Virus record (IMG/VR): IMGVR_UViG_3300018012_000099
DNA: 64,000 nucleotides
Direction: 5' to 3' (one strand)
Source of the DNA: a virus
Lineage: Duplodnaviria; Caudoviricetes
The notes under the pieces were generated by a model that had not been told where the DNA came from, did no database searches, and saw only the letters and a list, made by a program, of their open reading frames with translations. The stretch's first letter is position 1; each line of letters starts with the position of its first letter. The position numbers and the translations under genes were made by a program. This document shows, one piece after another, positions 9,890 to 18,943 of this stretch.

Positions 9890-11179
9890 ATGAGACGTTC
9901 AGATATTTTTGAGACTTTTGTCAAGATAGCCGAAGAAAAGGGCTTGGTTTCCAAAGGTTCACCAGAATCTGTGAAGGAAACTTTAGAAAAGACTCATCGT
10001 GCCGATTCTTTAAGTATTGAGGATATTGCTCATTTGTATAACACCAAACCTGGTGCTCCCAAGGAGATGGAATATAAGAAAAATATCGTGGAAATTGCTC
10101 ATCCTGAGCCTCAAGTGCTGTTTAATTCCTATGATAAGCTCAATGCTTTAGTGGAAAATATTCAAGAGCGTCAGAACATTCTTCTACATATCGTCAACAA
10201 AAATTCTCCCGATGGACAGTTGACCAATCGTAAATATGCCAAACGCGACTTCATTCTTTCTTTGGTGAGAGTGGGCAACGATATGGATAATCGTGGTCAG
10301 TCTGATCTAGTGACTTTAGCTGATGCTTGTTTGTATCAAGCTACAGCTAAATCTCTAAAGAAAAACGCTCAATTACAGCTAATTATTCCACTTATCGCTG
10401 CCGCGATGGGAGGATTATATGCTAAACAGCATCTTCGTTTTCATAGCGATGGTTTTGAAAGAGATTATCAGAAGGCGGTGGCTGAATTAGACGATTTGCT
10501 CAATTCTAATAGTAATTTTGGGGTAGGATACGAATATAAACCAGAATTTATTACTCGAGTCAATGATATCAAGAATAAGTTAAACGATTTAAACACTTCC
10601 GTTCAATCCGTTTTACCGGAGTTAGATAAATTGGAAGCGCCACATACCGGATCTGAATTGGTCACCATTGCTAAACAACCAGACACCCATGAAGCCCTAC
10701 ATGCTCTGCAAGAGTTTAAGAAAGTAGTAGGAGAAGTATATCCATATTTACGTCAAGTAGTGGCTGACTTTAGCAATGAAGGCTATAAACAACGCCAAAT
10801 TCAAGATAAGGGATGGTTAACTGGCGTGGTAGATAGCACCGAGGTATTGCACGGTGGCAAAGGGTTAATTGCGGATGATTTTGATGATGTAGCTCATGCC
10901 TTACAAACTATCTTCTATGATGTGGCAAATATTCAGAAATCTTTATCTGGTGCTGATAATGCTGCTGCTCTAGCTCAACAACAATTACAATCCGCCCAAG
11001 CTAGTATGCCGGGTGAAGAAGCTTCTCAAGAACCAGAATCTGCCTCAGTACCTCTTCCAACTGCCCACGAAATGGGTGGTAGAACTTCCACAGTTCCTGC
11101 TAATCCGGTGGAACAAGATCAGGCTTCCCAGTTGGAAAAAGAACTCTCCGACTTCTCTTGGGAAGATTTAAAGGGCTAA
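9890..11179 (+). CDS. Putative internal head / ejection protein with hydrophobic segment
   Basis: ATG at 9890 after GGTGG. N-terminal domain is paralogous to 5406; LKKNAQ is directly followed by LQLIIPLIAAAMGGLYA. Confidence 0.55.
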   Translation: MRRSDIFETFVKIAEEKGLVSKGSPESVKETLEKTHRADSLSIEDIAHLYNTKPGAPKEMEYKKNIVEIAHPEPQVLFNSYDKLNALVENIQERQNILLHIVNKNSPDGQLTNRKYAKRDFILSLVRVGNDMDNRGQSDLVTLADACLYQATAKSLKKNAQLQLIIPLIAAAMGGLYAKQHLRFHSDGFERDYQKAVAELDDLLNSNSNFGVGYEYKPEFITRVNDIKNKLNDLNTSVQSVLPELDKLEAPHTGSELVTIAKQPDTHEALHALQEFKKVVGEVYPYLRQVVADFSNEGYKQRQIQDKGWLTGVVDSTEVLHGGKGLIADDFDDVAHALQTIFYDVANIQKSLSGADNAAALAQQQLQSAQASMPGEEASQEPESASVPLPTAHEMGGRTSTVPANPVEQDQASQLEKELSDFSWEDLKG

Positions 11180-11292
11180 TCGAATTATTTTGACCAAATC
11201 TGGGAATAATACTATATCCCTGATGTAAGTCAAAGGTGTAAGTATATGCCGATTGCAAAAATCGAGCATTCAAGATTAAATAGGAAAATAAA

Positions 11293-12093
11293 ATGTCTCT
11301 AAAACTTTTACAACCAGGCATTCAGCCTTTGGGTCAATTTGATGGTCTCGACTCTGACGTATTAACGTTGAAGGGTGGAGAAGTTGTTTCTTTTGCTTCT
11401 ACCCAAACCTCTGGTCAACCAGGTGTTACTACTGCGAGTTTGGATAAAGCGGCTTATGATTCATTCGACGGATACGTCAATGGTGGCAGCAACGTCTTTT
11501 ATCGTCCAGTGGTAACTAGACTGTGGAATGGTACTAACCTTCCTGCTGACGGTTATACTGCTGTAACAGCTAGTGCTCCAGTGGGCGCTGCAACCGGTCG
11601 TCCTTTGATGCTCGCTGACGATGGTATTACTGGTTACGGTACTCTCTTCGGTACTGTAGTTGGTGGTACTGTTGGTCAAGTTTCCTACGGTCCAAACAGC
11701 GTTGTTGCTTCTGCTAACTTGCTCGGACCTCACACCGCTACCGGTTCTGGTAAAGTAACTTGCTGGGATAAGCCAGGTCTCTACGCCGTCTCCTTGGACG
11801 CTGTCGATACTACCGCTTCTACTGGTTTAGTTCCAACTAACGTTACAACTGCTACCGTCGGCGTTGCCCTTGGATTCACTTCCTTGGGACTCTTGACTCC
11901 AAGCGGTTCTGCTCAAGACATTACTCACGGTCTAGTGAGCGTGGGTCACTTCGTTGAGTTCAACACCAACGGTTCTTTGGTTACTACTCCTAACTTCCTA
12001 GTTGCCGCTCTCAATAGCCCATCTGGTAACGTTAGCTCGCTTGGTCCAAGATCCTTCGCCTTTGCTACTATTTACTTTGCTCCAAAGAGCTAA
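11293..12093 (+). CDS. Capsid decoration / minor capsid protein
   Basis: Directly upstream of the MCP, highly biased codons, Gly/Thr/Val-rich beta protein with the GSGKVTCW motif. Confidence 0.65.
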   Translation: MSLKLLQPGIQPLGQFDGLDSDVLTLKGGEVVSFASTQTSGQPGVTTASLDKAAYDSFDGYVNGGSNVFYRPVVTRLWNGTNLPADGYTAVTASAPVGAATGRPLMLADDGITGYGTLFGTVVGGTVGQVSYGPNSVVASANLLGPHTATGSGKVTCWDKPGLYAVSLDAVDTTASTGLVPTNVTTATVGVALGFTSLGLLTPSGSAQDITHGLVSVGHFVEFNTNGSLVTTPNFLVAALNSPSGNVSSLGPRSFAFATIYFAPKS

Positions 12094-12121
12094 TCTGACT
12101 AGTCAGTTTAGTTGAAATCTT

Positions 12122-12160
12122 AAAACAACCAGCTCATTCGAGCTGGTTGTTTTGTTTTTT
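12122..12160 (+). terminator. Intrinsic terminator
   Basis: Perfect 14-bp stem aaaacaaccagctc / gagctggttgtttt with attc loop, then a T tract. Confidence 0.85.
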
Positions 12161-12184
12161 ATGCATTTAAAATTCAAAATATGG

Positions 12185-12199
12185 TAATATTGAGTTATT
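12185..12199 (+). promoter_or_regulatory. Putative late promoter/operator of the MCP gene, TAATA-N6-TATT
   Basis: taata ttgagt tatt between the terminator and the MCP start; followed by the inverted repeat atacgcaa-t-ttgcgtat (12207-12223). Confidence 0.5.
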
Positions 12200-12268
12200 C
12201 TTGTTGATACGCAATTTGCGTATGCTGGTTTTTCCGGCAAACATTTCCAATAAAAACGTGGAGAACAC

Positions 12269-13282
12269 ATGAATATGTTCAATAACCAAGGCGCAGTAAA
12301 CGCCTCATCCCTTAAGGATGCACTACAGACTCTCGTCAAGTATGCTGCTATTCTCGAAGAGAACACCCCAGCAAATCAAGGCTTGGCAGGTCAACCATCT
12401 TTGTCTGATGACAAGCGTGATGAGTTGATTTCTCGTGCCATTATGACCCAAGACGGTAAAATTGCTCTAGCTCAGGCTATGGCAAACCCAATCCGTAGAA
12501 ACCTAGATTATCATGGTATCGCTCGTCGTGCCTTGGTGGTCGATCCATTGCCACAAGGTGCTATGCCAACTTACGATAGAGATATCGATGTTGCCGCTGT
12601 AGTTATCTCCAGCAACGGTACTGGTCCAGAATCCAGAGTATTCGGTGACAGAGTAGTTGTCCCTGAATTCGAAGTTTACGCAAATCCAACCGTTAGAATC
12701 GCCGAAGTCAAGCGTCGTAGATTCAACGTTATCGATAGAGCAGTCCAGAAGGCTCGTCAAGAAATCATGGCTCAAGAAGACGCAAACGTTTTCGCAGCTT
12801 TGGATGCAGCCGCTTCTGTGGAAAATACTCTAACCGACATCGCTGATGCCGGTCTTCTCAAGAGAGACTTGGTTGAAATCAAGCAACAAGTTGATCGTTG
12901 GGACTTAGTTACTACCAAGTACTTCATGAACATCAATGAGTTCACTGACATCCTCAAGTGGGGTTCTGGTGGTGGACAAGGCGTTGGTGGTGGAGACTTC
13001 GATCCAGTAACCATGCGTGAAGTTCTACAAACTGGTCTTTACGCTCATATTTGGGGTACTGACATTATGGTAAGCAAGATTGTTCCTCCTGGAACGATAT
13101 ACGGCGTAGCAGATCCTGAATTCGTCGGAGTCATGCCAATTCGTCAAGACATTGAAGTCTTGCCAGCAGACGAACCAAAGCAATTGAAGCTTGGATGGGT
13201 CGTCAGTGAAATAATTGGTATAGCGATAGTTAACCCACGTAGTGTTGCGGCCGGTAGGAAATCGGTTGTCATCGGGGCTTGA
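12269..13282 (+). CDS. Major capsid protein (HK97-like fold)
   Basis: 337 aa, GGAG RBS, strongest codon bias in the window, flanked by terminators. Segment order is MCP-like (RRALVVDPLPQG, AQEDANVF, YAHIWGTDIMVS, VSEIIGIAIVNP). Confidence 0.85.
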   Translation: MNMFNNQGAVNASSLKDALQTLVKYAAILEENTPANQGLAGQPSLSDDKRDELISRAIMTQDGKIALAQAMANPIRRNLDYHGIARRALVVDPLPQGAMPTYDRDIDVAAVVISSNGTGPESRVFGDRVVVPEFEVYANPTVRIAEVKRRRFNVIDRAVQKARQEIMAQEDANVFAALDAAASVENTLTDIADAGLLKRDLVEIKQQVDRWDLVTTKYFMNINEFTDILKWGSGGGQGVGGGDFDPVTMREVLQTGLYAHIWGTDIMVSKIVPPGTIYGVADPEFVGVMPIRQDIEVLPADEPKQLKLGWVVSEIIGIAIVNPRSVAAGRKSVVIGA

Positions 13283-13325
13283 TCCTGAATAATATCCAAT
13301 AGTTAGCAATAACTAATTGAAACTT

Positions 13326-13358
13326 GAAAAAGCTATCGTATGATAGCTTTTTCTTTGT
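13326..13358 (+). terminator. Intrinsic terminator after the MCP
   Basis: 12-bp stem gaaaaagctatc / gatagctttttc with gtat loop, followed by T-rich bases. Confidence 0.85.
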
Positions 13359-13396
13359 TATATAGCAGGTGTGTATGTATATAATGTGGAGCTTTT

Positions 13397-14236
13397 ATGA
13401 TTTCTGTAGAATTATATGAAGAATGTAAAAAATTATATTTAGGCGGTCATTCAATATCTAAAATTTGTTTGGAAAAACATTTGGATAGGCACAATTTGGG
13501 GCGTCGTTTTAAAAAAGATGGAATAAATGTTGGATTAGGTTGCTCAAATGCTCGAACATATAATCTAAATGAGCATTATTTTGACCATATTGATTCTGAA
13601 GAAAAAGCATATATGTTAGGATTCATATATGCGGATGGTAATAATCTATTTCAAACAAATAGAATTGCGATACAACTATCGATTGTAGATAAGGAGATAC
13701 TTCAAAAATTTTCTCAAATTATGTTCGGACAAGAGAATTTAAAATATCGCAAGAATAAAAATAATAAAGGAATTGAATTTGAATATGTGTCTTTAAGTAT
13801 GTATAGCAAACATATGAGCCAGCATCTTGCTACCTTGGGCGTGGTAGAAGCCAAATCCCATAAAATTGTCTTTCCTGACTGGCTTGATAAGTCTTTGTAT
13901 CGTCATTTTATCCGAGGACTAATCGATGGGGATGGTTGGATTTATCTGCCCAATGATAATCGAGATAGTCCTAATGTTGGACTAATTTGCACTCGCAAGT
14001 TAAATGATTTTCTAAAAGACTATTTTGAGAAAGAATTGAGGCTCAAATCTTATTTAGTCAAGGCATATAAACAGGATTTCGAAGTTATGTGTGAAATTCG
14101 TGTTAAGAACTATCACCAATGCAAAATATTTTTGGACTGGCTGTACAAGAGCGCCACTATCTCTTTGCAGAGGAAGTATGAATTATATCAGGAATTTCTC
14201 AACCGATACGATAATTTGAGAGATCAAAACAAGTAA
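13397..14236 (+). mobile_element. Free-standing LAGLIDADG homing endonuclease, paralog of 3656-4495
   Basis: AYMLGFIYADG and FIRGLIDGDG motifs; same length (279 aa) and layout as 3656-4495. Confidence 0.9.
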
Positions 14237-14253
14237 TTATTTTACATCTACCT

Positions 14254-14880
14254 ATGAGCCTCGATCGTTTATTAAAACAAGCCGAATACTTCGAAAAATT
14301 GTCGCAACAAGACCCATATGATAGTAATTTGCGTAATTTGGTAGTGAATACTCGCCCCGATGGACGCAATTTTTCATTTCGTGAAGTAGTGGATGTAGTG
14401 TTACAAGATCTAACATCTTTGGATCGAAGTGAAAAGGATCCGGAGGTTTCCCAAGCTAGTCATGGATTATTGAATATTCTTAATAGCCTGGAAGTTCCCG
14501 ATCCCAATGCTATGTTAAATGCAGCGAAGGCGGCTAATAATGTTATTCAACAGAGATATGCTAATGATGCTGAAAAAACCAAAATAGCCAAATATCTAGT
14601 ATCTCTGACGCAAATCATCATCAATAAGTATTTTACCCAAAAATCCACAGATACGTCTGGTGGTGATGTGACCACCGAAGGAACTTATGTGTTTCTGCAA
14701 AGAATATTTAATACTCTTCATAGCGGTCAATCTTTAAATGAGAATGATGCCAATGAGTGGAAAAATTCTCGTACCTTTTATGTGCGACGACTTAATGGGT
14801 TAAATTCTCTACCCAATTTGACACCATCTCAGCAAAACGAGAAACAACTAATCGAATTTGTGATCAGCAAATTGCACTAA
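14254..14880 (+). CDS. Hypothetical helical protein, possible internal head protein
   Basis: 208-aa ORF starting SLDRLLKQAEYFEK (KxA motif). Confidence 0.55.
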   Translation: MSLDRLLKQAEYFEKLSQQDPYDSNLRNLVVNTRPDGRNFSFREVVDVVLQDLTSLDRSEKDPEVSQASHGLLNILNSLEVPDPNAMLNAAKAANNVIQQRYANDAEKTKIAKYLVSLTQIIINKYFTQKSTDTSGGDVTTEGTYVFLQRIFNTLHSGQSLNENDANEWKNSRTFYVRRLNGLNSLPNLTPSQQNEKQLIEFVISKLH

Positions 14881-14955
14881 ATATTCTTATTGTCTCTTGT
14901 GTGAAAATTTTCCATAGAAAAATGAGTGATATTCCTGTATTTCTTTGGAGATTAT

Positions 14956-16176
14956 ATGCCAGATAATGAAACATTTTTTCAAAAACTGACCGATATTAAT
15001 TTTACGGTGAAAAATCTTTCACCTATCAGGAAAATACATATCTTCAATTACCCTATTTTCCCTGGTCAGACCCGAGATCTATTAGCCATTCCAGAGATTT
15101 CAGAAGCAGATATCCGACACTCTTTAATTAAAGGAGAGCTGGCTAATTTTATTCGCATGGGAGTGATCGATATTGTATCTAGCAGTATAGATTTGGTACA
15201 AGAAGATGCTAGTCAAGAAAATTTTTTAGTTAATGCGGGTTTGGTTGTTAATTCTCTGTTAGAGGCGCCCTTTACACAAACACAAACCGTATATGTTAAT
15301 AAGGCAGGTAGTGATACTTTAGGGACAGGTTCCTTGGTTCTACCATTTCAAACTATTAGTCATGCTCTTTCAGTCATTACAGACGCTTCACAAACTAAAG
15401 TATACAATATTACTGTAGGTGCCGGAGAATATACTGAAGATCTTCTCATTCGCCCTTGGGTTGGTATAACTGGGGTGCCCGGAACCAGCGCTTTTGAAGG
15501 ATTAACTACTGTTACTGTTAATTCTATTAGTTTTTCTCCATTATGGGCTGGTCCTACTTATAATGTGTCTTGGATGAGTCACATTACTTTTAATAATCAG
15601 CCTATATTTAATTTTAGCACTTTAAGCAGTATAAATGGACAATTAACATTTTTCGATTGCTTATTTAATTCTGGTGCCACTTATATTGGTGCTGGTAGTG
15701 GTAATGTTAATAATATTAATTGGGACGATTGCTTATCTTATGCCTTAGTTACCGTTAAAGACTGTCAATTTTTCTTTATGACTGGCGGATCACTAATTCA
15801 GATTACTGGCGGAGGTAATGCTCTTGATATTACTTCCACTGTGGAGGCAACTACTTGGTTAGCCTTACAGTGTGCTGTGAATGGCAATGTTAACTTACAT
15901 ACTCCTTTAATTAATCCAGTAGTGACCGCTCAATTGGTGGGGTGCGCGGTAGTAGGTACTCTAACTCTTAATGGCAATGTTACTTACACTTCCACGGCTA
16001 CTGGAATACCATCCAGTATTACATTGTTAAATTCTGCACCGCCACCCGTATTATCCACACAGGCCAATGCTATAGGATATGTCCCTACATCCAATGCCAA
16101 TTGGAATAATAGCGCCCCCACCACCGTTACTGCTGCTTTAGACCGTATTGCCGCTAAAATAGGTCCTATTTCATAA
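14956..16176 (+). CDS. Putative virion appendage with shared N-terminal anchor and beta-helix-like body
   Basis: ATG at 14956 after GGAG. N-terminal domain is paralogous to 18230-18943; VYVNKAGSDTLGTGSLVLPFQTISHA resembles the DUF1565-type cap of pectin-lyase-like beta-helices. Confidence 0.6.
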   Translation: MPDNETFFQKLTDINFTVKNLSPIRKIHIFNYPIFPGQTRDLLAIPEISEADIRHSLIKGELANFIRMGVIDIVSSSIDLVQEDASQENFLVNAGLVVNSLLEAPFTQTQTVYVNKAGSDTLGTGSLVLPFQTISHALSVITDASQTKVYNITVGAGEYTEDLLIRPWVGITGVPGTSAFEGLTTVTVNSISFSPLWAGPTYNVSWMSHITFNNQPIFNFSTLSSINGQLTFFDCLFNSGATYIGAGSGNVNNINWDDCLSYALVTVKDCQFFFMTGGSLIQITGGGNALDITSTVEATTWLALQCAVNGNVNLHTPLINPVVTAQLVGCAVVGTLTLNGNVTYTSTATGIPSSITLLNSAPPPVLSTQANAIGYVPTSNANWNNSAPTTVTAALDRIAAKIGPIS

Positions 16177-16178
16177 TT

Positions 16179-17471
16179 TTAACGTAATACCGCTTGTCGA
16201 AGCATTTCTAACAGATATTCTTTATCATTATGCTCGGGATGTTCCAAAATTTCCTGATAGCAAACATCTAAAAGTGCCTTCATTCTGGGACCGGGGGTCA
16301 TTCCCGCTTTTAGAAGATCGTCTCCGTTAATTTGCATAGCCTTACGAGAATGTACCGTGGTATCTTGGTATTTTGCCAGCAGCGTTTCCGCAGGCACGTC
16401 CATGGCTCTGGTTAACTTTATAAATTCATTATAGGTATGCTCCCATGGGTCGGGGGCTTCATTCTTGAACTTTGCTATAAACTTCCTGTAGGGAAACGCT
16501 CCGTCTTCTAGGTGCTGAAAATCTAACAACCTTTGCAGTAGGAAAGCAACTCTCTTGATGGATTTGTTTGAGAATTTAAGATCAATAAGCTCCTGCTCCA
16601 CTAGTAAGTGTGGTAACTTGTTGTAGAGTAAGGCTAAACGGGTTTCTAACTCACCCGCACATTGATTCAGTGACGGAATTAGGGGAAGTTGTCGTCCCAT
16701 CAAGCATGGACAGACAATATCCAAGGCTCCGGACATGTGTAGGTACATAACTCCAGCATGAGGGCGTGAAGTCATAAGAGTTTTGCTTAGTTCGTCATTG
16801 ATACGTTCTTTGGAAACCTTCTTCAAGGTTTCCAAAGAATCTATCATTCCCTGAAAGGTTTCATCATGGATAGCGAAGCCAAAACGTGCAGCGAAACGAG
16901 CTGCTCGCATAATACGTAAACCGTCTTCTTGGAATCGTTTTTGTGGAACCCCCACAGCACGAATGAGACCAATCTTAATGTCTTCGTATCCGTGAAAAGG
17001 ATCCACGCCCACATTGCTTACTGGATCGAAGGCTATGGCGTTGATGGTAAAATCTCGACGAGCCAAATCTTCCGTGATGTTTGTAACAAATTGGACCGAT
17101 GCCGGACGACGTCCATCTCGATATTCACCTTCTACTCGAAAAGTGGTGACTTCGAAATGATTTTCCACGCCTTCGCCCATGCATACCGTCACTGTGCCAT
17201 GTTGCAGTCCCGTAGGAATGGTTCTTTCAAACAGTTGGATGACTTGTTCAGGCGAAGCGTTAGTAGTAATGTCCCAATCTTTGGGCTGTAGTCCAAGATG
17301 TAGGTCTCGTACGCACCCTCCTACGATGTAGGCTTGAAAACCTGGATTCTGTAGAATGTTACAAATTTCGATAGCTTTTGGATGAATTAGGGGCTGAAAA
17401 AGACGATTATGTGACATATGCGGTAACATAAAGTTTAAAATTTGGGTGTCAAGCCCTTTCTTCAGCCGCAC
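16179..17471 (-). CDS. cca: Class II tRNA nucleotidyltransferase (CCA-adding enzyme)
   Basis: GGCVRD, DWDI, RRDFTINA and EDGLRIMRAARF motifs; the RVEGEYRDGRRP loop and TGLQHGTV are CCA-type, and the pcnB GRRF signature is absent. The true start may be slightly internal. Confidence 0.85.
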   Translation of the reverse strand: MRLKKGLDTQILNFMLPHMSHNRLFQPLIHPKAIEICNILQNPGFQAYIVGGCVRDLHLGLQPKDWDITTNASPEQVIQLFERTIPTGLQHGTVTVCMGEGVENHFEVTTFRVEGEYRDGRRPASVQFVTNITEDLARRDFTINAIAFDPVSNVGVDPFHGYEDIKIGLIRAVGVPQKRFQEDGLRIMRAARFAARFGFAIHDETFQGMIDSLETLKKVSKERINDELSKTLMTSRPHAGVMYLHMSGALDIVCPCLMGRQLPLIPSLNQCAGELETRLALLYNKLPHLLVEQELIDLKFSNKSIKRVAFLLQRLLDFQHLEDGAFPYRKFIAKFKNEAPDPWEHTYNEFIKLTRAMDVPAETLLAKYQDTTVHSRKAMQINGDDLLKAGMTPGPRMKALLDVCYQEILEHPEHNDKEYLLEMLRQAVLR

Positions 17472-17476
17472 TTAGA

Positions 17477-17491
17477 TAATATTTCGATATA
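17477..17491. promoter_or_regulatory. TAATA-N6-TATA site between divergent genes
   Basis: taata tttcga tata; the ATA-N6-TAT core reads on both strands. Confidence 0.45.
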
Positions 17492-17518
17492 TTATTGTAA
17501 TCTCAATAGGAATTCTAC

Positions 17519-18226
17519 ATGAAGCTTGACCAATTAACAGATCTGTACAGTCTAATTTCTAGAGGTGCCGAAAAAATACGGTTCAGAAAAACATCTATGA
17601 GATTAAGGCAAGCTGAATTTAACTCTGTTACTTTTAATCAGGGATTCACTAAAGTTGCCTTTGATACTCGTAGAATAGATCAAGCAAATCAATATAATCC
17701 TCGTCGTGGACTACAGTACTATAATCGTAGTGAGGCTTTTATCACCGAAGCTATGTCACAAAAAATTAAGAATTTTTCCAAACTCCGTCACGTGCTTAAT
17801 TCTATCAAAGATATTTATGGCCAGGAACCAGAGTGGCAAGATAGCAACGCTCGTGTATTATTAACTACTTTAGATAATGGCTTGCGCACTATTATTAAGG
17901 ATGGCGATTTTACTGAAGCACAACCTGGATTAGGCAGTTTTAATTATATTGAAGAGTTATTACATGTTAGATATCGTCTTGGTTTTGATGATTTGGTTAG
18001 TATGAGTGAGCTTGATTTACGACAAGTTATCTTAGCTAAAGATGAAGAGTTAACTAGGAAGGATGTGTCTCAATCTTTAGAGATCACTAAGAAAGATGTA
18101 ATCACTAAAGATTACGATTCTTTGATCGAAAAATTGTTTGATGGATGTAAGGCAAGTGCAGATAACCCCGATGTAGAGAGGACTATTAGCATAACTATTA
18201 GAGACCGATTCCATAAAGAAGGATAA
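17519..18226 (+). CDS. Hypothetical protein
   Basis: 235-aa ORF with AGGA RBS; contains FTKVAF (KxA-type motif). Confidence 0.6.
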   Translation: MKLDQLTDLYSLISRGAEKIRFRKTSMRLRQAEFNSVTFNQGFTKVAFDTRRIDQANQYNPRRGLQYYNRSEAFITEAMSQKIKNFSKLRHVLNSIKDIYGQEPEWQDSNARVLLTTLDNGLRTIIKDGDFTEAQPGLGSFNYIEELLHVRYRLGFDDLVSMSELDLRQVILAKDEELTRKDVSQSLEITKKDVITKDYDSLIEKLFDGCKASADNPDVERTISITIRDRFHKEG

Positions 18227-18229
18227 GTT

Positions 18230-18943
18230 ATGAGTAGTGAAAGTAATTTTGCTTATGCTCTTAAATACAATACTCATTTTATTGTAAGAAATATTACAGG
18301 TAGTTCTGTAAACTCACCTTATCAAAAAACTATTTTTATTTTTAATTATCCCATTAATTATGGAGATACTAGAGATATTTTGGCTATCCCTGGAATAGAA
18401 GAAACAAATATTCGTGCTTCGCTTCTCAAAGGCGTATTACGTCACAAGTTATTATGTGGAGATATTCAATTAGTTTCCAGCAATATTGATTTAATTCAGT
18501 TTAGCGATAAACAACGTACTTTTCTTCAAGGTTTTGGATTTGGTAAAGGTATTGCTGTGGGATATAATGAATTAGATGGATATGTACAAAGTCTTTTTGG
18601 TGGCGGGGGTAGTGGAGGAATTACACCACAACAGCATGAAACACTTAGGCAACTTATTCATTTCATATCGGATGGTCCGGGTGATGGATTTGCTACAGGC
18701 GCCGTTAGAATTATCAGTCCAGCAGGGAGCTCATTCCCTACCTCAATAATATGGTATTTAGATGGTACGCTAACTACTAAATTAGTAGAAAGATTAAATG
18801 TATGGGACAGTAATGGTATGCCGTCCACTATTACTTGGAATATGTACGATTTAGATGGTATTACTATTATTCATACCATAATAGATACGATTACATACGT
18901 CAACAATATTTTTGAAACAACAAGAGTTAGGACGATCATATGA
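18230..18943 (+). CDS. Putative virion appendage protein with shared N-terminal anchor domain
   Basis: IFNYPINYGDTRDILAIPGIEETNIRASLLKG matches IFNYPIFPGQTRDLLAIPEISEADIRHSLIKG of 14956. Confidence 0.6.
   Translation: MSSESNFAYALKYNTHFIVRNITGSSVNSPYQKTIFIFNYPINYGDTRDILAIPGIEETNIRASLLKGVLRHKLLCGDIQLVSSNIDLIQFSDKQRTFLQGFGFGKGIAVGYNELDGYVQSLFGGGGSGGITPQQHETLRQLIHFISDGPGDGFATGAVRIISPAGSSFPTSIIWYLDGTLTTKLVERLNVWDSNGMPSTITWNMYDLDGITIIHTIIDTITYVNNIFETTRVRTII

Noticed and set aside
13283-14253. Group I intron or intein hosting the LAGLIDADG gene in the MCP
   Set aside because: The MCP ends with a plausible C-terminus and a terminator. No second exon or intron core was recognised.
16179-17471. Poly(A) polymerase (pcnB)
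   Set aside because: The PAP-specific G(R/K)RF signature is absent, and the loop and motif context is CCA-type.
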